Positions 47,366 through 56,785 of a stretch of 64,000 nucleotides of DNA are shown in pieces (position 1 is the stretch's first letter; every line of letters starts with the position of its first letter). The stretch spans positions 576,001 through 640,000 of the forward strand of contig OZ271854.1 of NCBI GenBank assembly GCA_965601925.1. The letters run 5' to 3'. The notes under the pieces are model-generated. The model saw only the letters and a list, made by a program, of their open reading frames with translations. It was not told where the DNA came from and made no database searches. Made by a program: the position numbers and the translations under genes. The stretch comes from Alkalispirochaeta sp. (GTDB lineage Bacteria; Spirochaetota; Spirochaetia; DSM-27196; Alkalispirochaetaceae).

Positions 47366-48613
47366 TCACCGGCGACTGCGCCGGGCAAAGGCGTACAGCC
47401 GCTCAACCGCATCGATGACCACGTGCGGGGCCTCGTCCTGCACCCAATGCCCGACGGACGGGTCCGTCCACACACCGACGATCCGGTCGTCATTCCAACG
47501 GTCGAGAAAACGCTCCAATGGATACCAGTACGGTCGACCCGCGGCATCGACGCAGTTGGTGCGCGCATCGACCTCGCCGGGTTCCGGAACAAACCCATCA
47601 ACGCACAGCGCTCGCGGCTCGCCAAGAAACCCGAGATCTACTTTGTAGGGTCCAAAGGCCGTATCATCTCCGAAGGCGAAGTACGCGGGTACATCGGTGA
47701 GCGCATCCAAGGACTCGTCGAGCTGTTGAAGAAACGCGCCGTCTCGGACGGTGGCCATCGCCGATATGTGTATCGCATCCGTGATATCGTCTCGCAACAG
47801 CTCGTAGGGCTCGGTAAGCTCCAAGTACGGCGCCCACATCGCATTTCGCAACGCGACGTACTCAGCCGTCCCCTCCTCGGCGTTGCGCCGGGCAACGCCC
47901 AATCCGCCGCGACGGATGAGCGCGCCGCTGCGATAGAAGGCCGGCTCGGCCGCCGCGTGGACTCCGCGATCGTGGACGGCGTGCATAAAGGCGGTCTCCC
48001 CTCGCCGGATGTCCGGTAGACGCCACGCCCACGTGTTCATGATCACCACGGCCTGAATGCGATGCGACTCCTCGATACCGGCCGCGAGTCCTATGGGCCC
48101 GCCCCAATCCTGCACTACGAGATAGATCTCCCGCAGATCCACGTCGCGGATGAAATCGGCCAACACCTCCGCGTGATCGTGGGGCATATAACCGAACCGT
48201 GAGACCGGAGGCTTGTCCGACATACCGAAGCCGAACTGATCGGTGGCGACGACGCGAAATCCCGCCTCGGTAAGCGGGGCGACGATCTTGCGGTAGATGA
48301 AGCTCCACGCGGCGTTCCCGTGGACCGCAAGCACCGTGCCCTTCGGCTCGCCGCCGCCGATCGGCGGCTCATCAATGTAGTGATAGGCGATGCCGTTCCA
48401 TTCGTAGACGTGCGAATCGAACGGATAGAGCGCCTGCGAGACGTCGAACGGTCGCGTCCAGTCGGCTCCGTGTGCGGTGTCGACGGCGCGGCGTTCACCG
48501 ATGTCCGAGGTACCGGCGTCGGCGGTCTCGTATCGGCCGGTAGTAGAGCAGCTCGCCGCGACGGCGAGCGCGACGACAACGACGATCGATCGAAAACTAC
48601 GGTAGGTATACAT
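47366..48613 (-). CDS. Haloalkane-dehalogenase-like alpha/beta hydrolase with lipoprotein signal
   Basis: HGNAAWSFIYR, GFGMSDKP, QDWGGPIG, MNTW and GHWVQD. GGAGG SD before ATG 48613; signal ends AAS-C. Confidence 0.82.
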   Translation of the reverse strand: MYTYRSFRSIVVVVALAVAASCSTTGRYETADAGTSDIGERRAVDTAHGADWTRPFDVSQALYPFDSHVYEWNGIAYHYIDEPPIGGGEPKGTVLAVHGNAAWSFIYRKIVAPLTEAGFRVVATDQFGFGMSDKPPVSRFGYMPHDHAEVLADFIRDVDLREIYLVVQDWGGPIGLAAGIEESHRIQAVVIMNTWAWRLPDIRRGETAFMHAVHDRGVHAAAEPAFYRSGALIRRGGLGVARRNAEEGTAEYVALRNAMWAPYLELTEPYELLRDDITDAIHISAMATVRDGAFLQQLDESLDALTDVPAYFAFGDDTAFGPYKVDLGFLGEPRALCVDGFVPEPGEVDARTNCVDAAGRPYWYPLERFLDRWNDDRIVGVWTDPSVGHWVQDEAPHVVIDAVERLYAFARRSRR

Positions 48614-48827
48614 AATGACCTCCTGAGTCACGTGAAATAGCGTGTGAAACGATGCATCGAGGCCTGGAAGGGTCCTCAACGCCGAGAGGAGCGTAGCGTA
48701 GTGCTCCGGGGAACGGCGCGACCGTCGACGGCCGGCCGATGTCCCACGTACGAGGAGCGCGGCCCCGGTCGTCGGCTGCTCCGCGCCATGCGCGACCGCA
48801 GATCGCGACATCCACGCAGCCGCCCCC

Positions 48828-49625
48828 TCAAAAGCGATACATCACGAGGAGCGCGGTGACGTACTGGTTTTCATTCCGCACGATCGGACTGTCCGCCGCA
48901 TCCCCGATGAGGCGGGAGTATTCGAACGACGCGGTGGCAAAAAACCGAGCGCTCAAGGGATACATGAGGGCGATGCTACCCCCGAGGGACTTAAACCCCG
49001 CCTCGGCGTCGTGGCGCTCCAGCCCGGACCGCGTCGCCTGCTCGGCATCGACACCGAAGTACGAACTCATATACCGATCATCGGCCCAACTGACCGCCAC
49101 CGCGGGTGCAATCGCCGGTCGCGGTCCGTTTTGGTCCGCCGGCCGTCCGAGAGGAATCCGTCCCCCGACTTCCAACGACGCCTCCACACCGTCGGACCCG
49201 CCGACGTACCGCTTTGCCGAGAGGCCGGTCGTAATCGGTCCTACCTCGTATTCGATCCCGAAATTGACTGTAGGGGCGCGATCTATGTCGCCGAGCCCCG
49301 ACAACGCGTCGTCGTCGTCGCGACCGAAGTCGTAGCCGATACCGATATTCGCCTCGATATTGCGGTTGTTATAGAGCGTTACCCCGAGTTCTTCCGGTAT
49401 CGTAAGATAGATACGGTCGTTCCACACGAGGCGAACCATCGGCACCGGGGAGACGCGCATATCGTCCGCCCCTTCGTATCGAGGAGAGAGAGCCACACCC
49501 GCACCGATCGATAACTCCCACGGAGAGTCGTCGTGTTGCTGTGCCGCAAGGGGTACCCTCGTTACAAGAATTACCGCCGCGATCGACAACACGGCGCGCG
49601 CCGTATCTAACGTGATCGTTCTCAT
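48828..49625 (-). CDS. MipA/OmpV-family outer membrane protein (copy 2)
   Basis: PRYEGAD, LSGLGDID, YMSSYFGV and GDAADSPIV...YRF. Confidence 0.88.
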   Translation of the reverse strand: MRTITLDTARAVLSIAAVILVTRVPLAAQQHDDSPWELSIGAGVALSPRYEGADDMRVSPVPMVRLVWNDRIYLTIPEELGVTLYNNRNIEANIGIGYDFGRDDDDALSGLGDIDRAPTVNFGIEYEVGPITTGLSAKRYVGGSDGVEASLEVGGRIPLGRPADQNGPRPAIAPAVAVSWADDRYMSSYFGVDAEQATRSGLERHDAEAGFKSLGGSIALMYPLSARFFATASFEYSRLIGDAADSPIVRNENQYVTALLVMYRF

Positions 49626-49755
49626 CTTTTTTACCCTCCACTGTGTTTTAGCGACACACCGCGATTCGGCCGAACGAAGCGCCGGGTTTCGACGCGCCGC
49701 CGGCGGCACGGTCAAGGTCGCTACGGCCGAACGTGCCGTACGGAGGGGTAAAGGT

Positions 49756-49779
49756 CGTTCGAGTACGCGTACTCGAACG
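49756..49779. repeat. Perfect 24-bp palindrome between divergent genes
   Basis: CGTTCGAGTACGCGTACTCGAACG. Confidence 0.85.
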
Positions 49780-49837
49780 TTTTTCGTATGATGGAGCCTT
49801 GATCGGAGGGATCGATTACCCTATATCGTAGAATGAG

Positions 49838-51013
49838 ATGAACGGCATTGTCTCATACATACTCTTTACCTCCTCAATTTGGGGGTTCACGATCTCATCG
49901 GTACTGTTCATCGCGAATCGCAATCAGAAAGCGAACCGTGTGTTGGCGTTGTTTCTGTTTTTCGTGGCCCGGGGATTGCTCCAGGGATACTTCACCTCCC
50001 TCGATATACACACCCGCGTTCCCCACCTCTTGTGGCTGACATTTCCCCACATGTTTATCTTCGGACCGCTTCTGTACATTTACTGCCGAGTACTCACACG
50101 AAACGCGCCGGTGTTCTCTGCGGAGGCCGCCTATCATGCGATACCGTTTCTCGCGAGCCTCCTGTACCTGAGCCTCTTCTTCTATGCGCTCCCAGCGCAG
50201 GAGAAGCTTGCGCGCTTCCTCGCGATCGAAGCGAGCGGTCCACCGATATCCCTCACGATCATGCGCATCGCGGGACGCATATCCGGCATGACCTACTCGC
50301 TCTTCTCATTTCTCCAGGTGCGCTCCTATACCAAGAGAATCAAGGGGTACTTCTCCGACATTCATCAAGTGAACCTGAACTGGCTCCAAGCCATACTGGG
50401 GATGGTCATATGCGCGTGGTCGCTCTCGAGCGTTTCGTTCGTCTCCGAGACATTTCTGGCGACACCCTTGGGGGTCGTGGACGGTGCGACCAACCTTGTC
50501 GCCTTTTTGCTGTTCTATACGATGTCGTATCTCATGATTCAACAACCCGATCTGTACAACTGGGTCGAACATCTGAATGCCGAGCGCGTGTTGTGGGAGG
50601 AACGAAGAGACTCCGCGCCGTCGGATGAAAAACGAGAACAAAAATCGATCAATCTTAACGAAGCCTCGTTGGAACTCTATCGCAACGAGATATACCGCTG
50701 TATGGAACGTGAGCGCCCCTATCTCGACAGCCTCCTTACGATCAAGAAGCTCTCTTCCGTCTCGCGCGTGCCGGTGAACGTACTCTCCTACATCATCAAC
50801 ACCGATACGGGGAACAACTTCTACTACTTCATCAATCGCTATCGTATCGATCACGCCGCCGCGCTGCTCCTCGACAAGGAGGAACCCGATACTCGCATCC
50901 TGGATATCGCCTATTCGTCGGGGTTCAACTCAAAGTCGGTCTTCAACACGATGTTTCGTAAGTTCAAGGGCACGACGCCAAGAGACTACAGAACACGGGG
51001 GGAGGCGCAATGA
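49838..51013 (+). CDS. Membrane-anchored (multi-TM) AraC-family regulator
   Basis: About 7 hydrophobic segments, then PYLDS.LT, FINRYR and SGFNSKSVFN..FRK..GTTP. Confidence 0.9.
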   Translation: MNGIVSYILFTSSIWGFTISSVLFIANRNQKANRVLALFLFFVARGLLQGYFTSLDIHTRVPHLLWLTFPHMFIFGPLLYIYCRVLTRNAPVFSAEAAYHAIPFLASLLYLSLFFYALPAQEKLARFLAIEASGPPISLTIMRIAGRISGMTYSLFSFLQVRSYTKRIKGYFSDIHQVNLNWLQAILGMVICAWSLSSVSFVSETFLATPLGVVDGATNLVAFLLFYTMSYLMIQQPDLYNWVEHLNAERVLWEERRDSAPSDEKREQKSINLNEASLELYRNEIYRCMERERPYLDSLLTIKKLSSVSRVPVNVLSYIINTDTGNNFYYFINRYRIDHAAALLLDKEEPDTRILDIAYSSGFNSKSVFNTMFRKFKGTTPRDYRTRGEAQ

Positions 51014-51098
51014 CGGTTCGGCTACACCACCGCTTCACAAGGAGCGCTCGCTCCGATGTCACGTCATCCCGCGCATCGAACTCATTTGAGAGGACGGT

Positions 51099-52454
51099 AT
51101 GACGCGCTGTACGATTCTCACGTTGTGGCTGATTATGTCCGTGGGGGTAGTGGCGGTGTCTTCGCAATCCCCACACACGGCCCTCACCGAACTCGGCGAT
51201 GTCACGACGGCGCTCGAAACACACCGAGTACCGCTCATCGCGATCGTCGTTACCCGGGACGGAGTGTCCTATCGCCTTACACAACACCGAGACGGCCGTA
51301 CCGTCCCGGCGGCCGTCGACGATGAGGATCGCGCGCCGATCTTTGAAGCCGCCTCCCTCGGGAAGGTGGTGACGGCCTATCTCGTCTGCATCCTCGCCGA
51401 TCGCGGTATCGTCTCTTTGGACGAACCGGTATTTCCGTATCTCGAATCTGAGTGGACCGCGGACGACAGTGTCCGAGATGTCACGTTGCGCACGCTCCTG
51501 TCTCATACCGCCGGCTACGGCAACTCGGTGGTTCCCCTAGATAGAACGATATACGACCCTCCGGGCACGCATTTTCGCTACTCCGGCGTCGGATATGTAG
51601 CGGTTATGCGCATGCTGGAGTATAAAACGGGCCGCCCATTCGAGGCGTTGGCCGACGAACACGTCTTTACGCCCTTGGGAATGACCTCGAGCAGTTTTGT
51701 GACCGATCGATCTATCGTCGCGCGCAAGGTGGCACCTCACGTCAATACGACCACCGCACTGGCTGCGGTAGTGATCCCCGCCGTGGCGATTTTTACCGCG
51801 TGTGCGATCGTCGCCGGTCTTATCGTGCGGGTCACAAGACGCCGCCGCACGCTCCGCTCGCTCTTTGTCCCGCTTTTGATCGGCACCGCGCTTTTGGAGA
51901 CCGCGCTCTTTCTGGTGACGGCGCCGCGCTTTCTGTGGATCAACGTCGCCGTATGGGGTGCTACTCTCGCGTGTGTGATTGCGACGCGACATCTGCTGAG
52001 GAGGACGTGGATCGGGATCGCCGTCATCGCGACGTCCATCGCGGCGACCGCCCTTTTCGCGGGAGAGGCGCAGGTACCGCTCATGGCGGAGGCGGTGACG
52101 AAACCGAACGCCGCCTATACGTTCCACACCACGAGCTCCGATCTCTCCCGATTTGCGGAAATCCTACTGGCCGATATCGGTGAGTCGTACCTGCGTCCCA
52201 TGGTCACACCGCAGATTCGCGTCGACACGCATATGAGTTGGGGAAGCGGACTCGGTATCGAGGAGCACGCAGGCCGTACGGTGTACTGGCACTGGGGGTC
52301 CAATATGGGATTCAAGAGCCTCTTGATTATCGACCCTGCAGCGGGAACGACCTCGGTTATGTTGACCAACGGCGACAACGGCTTGGAGGTAGCGCGTCAC
52401 GTGGCACGCACGATGCATGGCGCTGCATTTCGCTTTCGACTTCCGGACGAATGA
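51099..52454 (+). CDS. Serine hydrolase (beta-lactamase family) with internal TM insertion
   Basis: SLGK (SxxK), LLSHTAG, PGTHFRYSG and WHWG. Several hydrophobic helices mid-protein. Confidence 0.82.
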   Translation: MTRCTILTLWLIMSVGVVAVSSQSPHTALTELGDVTTALETHRVPLIAIVVTRDGVSYRLTQHRDGRTVPAAVDDEDRAPIFEAASLGKVVTAYLVCILADRGIVSLDEPVFPYLESEWTADDSVRDVTLRTLLSHTAGYGNSVVPLDRTIYDPPGTHFRYSGVGYVAVMRMLEYKTGRPFEALADEHVFTPLGMTSSSFVTDRSIVARKVAPHVNTTTALAAVVIPAVAIFTACAIVAGLIVRVTRRRRTLRSLFVPLLIGTALLETALFLVTAPRFLWINVAVWGATLACVIATRHLLRRTWIGIAVIATSIAATALFAGEAQVPLMAEAVTKPNAAYTFHTTSSDLSRFAEILLADIGESYLRPMVTPQIRVDTHMSWGSGLGIEEHAGRTVYWHWGSNMGFKSLLIIDPAAGTTSVMLTNGDNGLEVARHVARTMHGAAFRFRLPDE

Positions 52455-52498
52455 GCGCTCGGCCGCGGGCTGTGCGCCGAGGACGGAAGAGCGCTACG

Positions 52499-53965
52499 CT
52501 ATAGATTCGGCGCCGGGCTCAACATCGCCCAGGAATCGGCCAACTTCTCCGCTATCTGGAACTGCAGGTCACGCAAGCCGGAGAGCGCGATATCGTATTG
52601 CCTCCTGATCTGCTCCAGTCCGGAGTCGCGGACCCCGCGGACTCGCTTCGCGAGAGCGCGCTCATACCGAACGCCCAGCTCCGCGGCCCGGCCCCCCAAC
52701 CCGTCGTACCGGCTCCGTAGCTCCTGCACGTTGGCGACCAACGTTGTTAACCGTCGAGCCGTACCCTCCCGCGCCTTGAGTCGGAATCCGTCGGCCAGCT
52801 CACGCACCAGCTCCGCGACGGGCACGATCTCCTTGATTCGATACGCATTGGCGCCGACGAAAACGAACCCGTGGTTGAGCCGTCCCCGGCGAGCGTTGTT
52901 GAGAGCGATAGAGATGCAGTAGCGCGCCGAGTCCGCCTTGCAGCTGGCCAAACAGCGCCACGCACACTTGAACGCCGGTCGTCTCCCCTCTTCGGCGGCG
53001 GCGATGAACTCGTTACGGATAGCGCGTCCCGGCATGCCGACGGGACTCCGTATAATTCCGATCTCCTCAGGCGTACAGTCCACGTAGGCCTGTTTGAACG
53101 CGTCGTCGGCGTCACACTCGTCGGTCGCCACGAACCGTGTCCCCAACTGTACCGCTTTGGCGCCGAGCGCAAGGGCTGCATGAATATCCGCGCCGGTAAA
53201 TATCCCCCCGCCGGCGACAACGGGAACGGCGCGGCCGAACTCCTCTTCGTACGGTTTTACCGCCTCGACGATCCGTGGAACGATCGCCTCCAACTGATAC
53301 GCCGGATCGTCCAGCTGCTCCTCCGAAAAGCCCAGATGTCCCCCGGCCGAAGGTCCCTCGAACACAACCGCGTCGGGCACGTCGTGGTAGCTCTTCTTCC
53401 ACATCCGAAAGATGAGCTCTGCCGCCCGCGCAGAACTGACGATCGGAAGCGCCTTGACGCCGGCGGCGCGCATCCGTTCAACGGGGATGTCTTTGACCGG
53501 AAGGCCGGCTCCCATGACGACTAAATCGACCTTCTCCTCTATCGCGACGTCCAGAAGCTCGCGAAAGTCGTTGACCGCCACCATGATGTTCACTCCGATA
53601 ATACCCTCGGTGCGTCGTCGTGCAGCGCGAATCTCCCGCCGAAAGGCCCGCAGATTGGCGGCGCGTCCGTCCTTGTAGTAGTCCTTCTCGAGCATACCGA
53701 TACCGTTTGCGGCGATGATGCCGACCCCACCCGCCTCGGCCACCGCTGAGGCGAGCCCCGACAGAGAGACACCGACCCCCATACCGCCCTGGATGATGGG
53801 CACCGGCGCGCACAGATCGCCGATCCGCAACGGGGGCCACTCGAAACGCGGCGAACGGGGAAGCCGCAAGGACTCACGCAGCTCCTTAAAGGGAAGCGTA
53901 GCGGATAGCTCCTCGGTCAGACTCTTCAAAGTAGTCAACACGTTTTCCAACTGAAATGTGTGCAC
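52499..53965 (-). CDS. Nitronate monooxygenase/FabK-like FMN oxidoreductase with terminal extensions
   Basis: PIIQGGMGVGVS, AGGHLG, AGGI, QLGTRF and CWRCLASC...YCI. Confidence 0.88.
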   Translation of the reverse strand: MHTFQLENVLTTLKSLTEELSATLPFKELRESLRLPRSPRFEWPPLRIGDLCAPVPIIQGGMGVGVSLSGLASAVAEAGGVGIIAANGIGMLEKDYYKDGRAANLRAFRREIRAARRRTEGIIGVNIMVAVNDFRELLDVAIEEKVDLVVMGAGLPVKDIPVERMRAAGVKALPIVSSARAAELIFRMWKKSYHDVPDAVVFEGPSAGGHLGFSEEQLDDPAYQLEAIVPRIVEAVKPYEEEFGRAVPVVAGGGIFTGADIHAALALGAKAVQLGTRFVATDECDADDAFKQAYVDCTPEEIGIIRSPVGMPGRAIRNEFIAAAEEGRRPAFKCAWRCLASCKADSARYCISIALNNARRGRLNHGFVFVGANAYRIKEIVPVAELVRELADGFRLKAREGTARRLTTLVANVQELRSRYDGLGGRAAELGVRYERALAKRVRGVRDSGLEQIRRQYDIALSGLRDLQFQIAEKLADSWAMLSPAPNL

Positions 53966-54101
53966 GTATGTCTCCTAGGAGCGGGCGGCTCAAAGATATT
54001 CGGCCCGCGGCCGATTTCTTATTATCGCACGTTTGCCGTCTCTCGGATAGTGACGCGCCGGTTGGTTGCCGCTCCGACGCCGGCACAGCAGATATGGCGG
54101 T

Positions 54102-55811
54102 TCAGTCCGGCCCTTCCGTATCTCGATCTCCGGCGGCAACGTCGACGAACAGCGGGAAAAACTCGCTCATCGGAGTGTGCGGCGGCGCCTGAGAGCCCTC
54201 CATGCCGAACTCGAATCCCCGTTCGACGAAGCGGTCGAGAATCTCTCCATCGCGGGCGGCGATGTGAATCGGAACCGAAAGATGCGCGTCGAGTTCGCGG
54301 ATGGGTCGTTGCGCCTGATGGTCGCCGAATATCATAATGACGGGACTCCGCGACACATCGAGGTGCTCTTCGACGTAGTCGGAGATCACCCGAAACACAT
54401 ATGAGATGGCGGCAATGTACCCCTCGTCCAACTGAGTACCGCCGGTCCACGTGTTGTCGAAGGTGCGCACCTCGTCTGCGAGCTCACGGTAGATCGATCC
54501 GTCGCCCAGCCGCTCCCAATCATCGATAAGCGGCGGAATACGGTTGAACGGAGTGTGACTGCTCACGAGTTGGTAGTAGGCGAACAGCGGCCGATCGTAT
54601 GCCGCGCCGCCGGGAGAGGTGACCTCCGCGATACGGCGATGGGCGGCCCATAGTGCAAACTGATCGGTGACGGCGACGTAGGAGAACCACGGACCGGCGT
54701 ACCCGAAATCGCCGTCGTAGGCCACCAGCATATCCTCGAAGCGGTAGAGCTCCCACCCCTCGGGCCACGATCCGTGCACCGTCCCGGGGCGAACCGTTAG
54801 GGTGTAGTATCCGCCGGCGTGGAGGAACCCGCTCAGCGTCGGAAGCTCGGCACCGTACAGCTCCTCGAACGCCGGTTGCGAATCGATCCATTGGCCGGTG
54901 AGAAGTGTCGCTTCGGCGAGCCAACTGAACCCGCCGGCGACCGGAGAGCGCAGAAAGCTCGAGACGACGCGATACCCCTTTTCACCGAGCGTCGCCTCCA
55001 GCGCGGTCCTCTCCGGGCGTAGGGATGCGGCGAGCTCTTCGCGGCTGAAGGCGGCGTACCCGTAAGCCTCGACGGCGAACACGTAAATATCGCGGTCCAA
55101 GATTCCCGGGAAACGGTAGTGCGTCTCGACGGCGGCGCCGCTCGGGATGAGTGGATCCCCGTGTCGCTCCGTCGGGTCGTCGGCCAACGCGTCTCGTATA
55201 TCGGCGCGGCCGCTCTCACCCCAGGCGGCGACGGCGCGTATCGCAAGATCGGGAGACACCCCGGCGACAGCGATCGCGCCCCCGCTCAGGACGGTCGCCG
55301 CCGCGAGGACGTGCGCCGCGTACGGGACGCGACTGAGTACGTTGCCGGCGGCGGACACGTAGGCGATCCCAATGAGAAAAAACGCGACAAAGACCGCCGT
55401 GATGACGACCGGAGTCAGGATGCCGGCCCACGGACCGATTCTCCCGACCGTCAGCTGCAACAGGCTCCGCGCCATAGGAATATCCGCACGAGGTACGAAA
55501 GGGCGCGCGTAGATGTACCGAATAGCCGCCTCTGCGACGGCAAACCCAATTACGTACCCGACGACGACGCCGACGGCGGCTCGCCATCGCGCCCGGAGGC
55601 GGCGCGAGTAGACCAGAAACGTCGCCCAAAGGGCGCCAACCGTCTCGATACGGGGAATGAAGATCGAGCGGGGCGACCCTTCGGCGCTCCACTCCGGGAG
55701 CGCGATCGCGATATTGAGAGCGAAAAACGCGATCGCGACGAAGAAAACGCTCGCGATGATGCCGAGGCGGTCGCTGTTTTTACTCATACGGCGTCGGGAA
55801 ACGTACCGCAT
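54102..55811 (-). CDS. Membrane-anchored sulfatase-like (alkaline phosphatase superfamily) protein
   Basis: N-terminal TMs, VEAYG, GGFSWLA, SSHTPF and FGDHQ. Confidence 0.72.
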   Translation of the reverse strand: MRYVSRRRMSKNSDRLGIIASVFFVAIAFFALNIAIALPEWSAEGSPRSIFIPRIETVGALWATFLVYSRRLRARWRAAVGVVVGYVIGFAVAEAAIRYIYARPFVPRADIPMARSLLQLTVGRIGPWAGILTPVVITAVFVAFFLIGIAYVSAAGNVLSRVPYAAHVLAAATVLSGGAIAVAGVSPDLAIRAVAAWGESGRADIRDALADDPTERHGDPLIPSGAAVETHYRFPGILDRDIYVFAVEAYGYAAFSREELAASLRPERTALEATLGEKGYRVVSSFLRSPVAGGFSWLAEATLLTGQWIDSQPAFEELYGAELPTLSGFLHAGGYYTLTVRPGTVHGSWPEGWELYRFEDMLVAYDGDFGYAGPWFSYVAVTDQFALWAAHRRIAEVTSPGGAAYDRPLFAYYQLVSSHTPFNRIPPLIDDWERLGDGSIYRELADEVRTFDNTWTGGTQLDEGYIAAISYVFRVISDYVEEHLDVSRSPVIMIFGDHQAQRPIRELDAHLSVPIHIAARDGEILDRFVERGFEFGMEGSQAPPHTPMSEFFPLFVDVAAGDRDTEGPD

Positions 55812-55885
55812 GGCGGCTCACCGGGGCAAGTGTGACCGCTACGGGACGAGCGTCGGCATCGACGCCGGAGCCGTACTACTGAGTA

Positions 55886-56160
55886 TCAGCTCTCACCGTC
55901 GGGGAAAAAGCCGTACACCGCACCATCTCGACATCGACCGGCGCCGGCGGCTCGACACAACGCTCATGATGTTCTTTTGAAATGCGAGAAACGCCTCGGT
56001 ATCAGCCGGCGGACTCCTTCCGTCGGTAGTATCGATGGACGCCACATAAAAAAGGTTACTCCGTCCTCGGCCCTGAACGTCGCATACCGCAGATTCGCCG
56101 GCCTCATCCGGTGGAGCTCCTCGTATACGCCCTGACGCCCAGCGGGTCGCGGTTCTACCC
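55886..56160 (-). pseudogene. Frameshifted remnant of a small (~100 aa) hypothetical protein
   Basis: VYEELHRMRPANLRYATFRAEDGVTFF / VASIDTTDGRSP..EAFLAFQKNI / ERCVEPPAPVDVEMV / YGFF lie in successive frames. Confidence 0.6.
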
Positions 56161-56234
56161 GGTGCTTAAGCTCCTCGGCGATTGGGCGGATGCCCACACC
56201 AGAGACGCCCGGCGAGAGTGAGGCATCCGGCGTC

Positions 56235-56730
56235 TCAGCGCGCCTGCCGTCGATACCGTGCATCGCGGGCGGCTTGCGCCCGCACTCGATAGGCGCGTCT
56301 GCCGGCGGCGAGAAAGAATGATGTTGAGGCGACCACATGCAGGAACACGGCCACGGTATACAGCTCGGGATACCCGCGCTTGATGAAGAGTAAGTCCCGT
56401 CGTACGACCGCGGCGATCGCCTCCCATGTGGCGAGTATCCACGTCGCCGCGGCAATCCCGTGATGTCCGCTCCCATAGGCGCGAAACGTTATCGCGACCA
56501 ATATGAACGTCTGGAACAGATAGGCGGAGAAGAGTTCCACGGGGGAAACGGATATGACGCCGGATGCTCCGACAAAGGCGAACCAGATATTTCTCAACCC
56601 GTCGGTGGCTCCGAGCGCCGCCAAGACGATACCGGCGAGAATGCCGATTCCGATTGCACGAGCACGCGCGTTCTCTCGACGCTTGGCCTCGGTGAGAATC
56701 TGTTTGTCGTTCCCTCGCATCGGCACCATG
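56235..56730 (-). CDS. Hypothetical membrane protein
   Basis: About four hydrophobic segments within ORF 56235..56837. Start uncertain. Confidence 0.55.
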
Positions 56731-56785
56731 AGCAAAGTAGTATTTTCTACCGAAGACGGCCACAATGCAAACAGAGGACGGTGCC

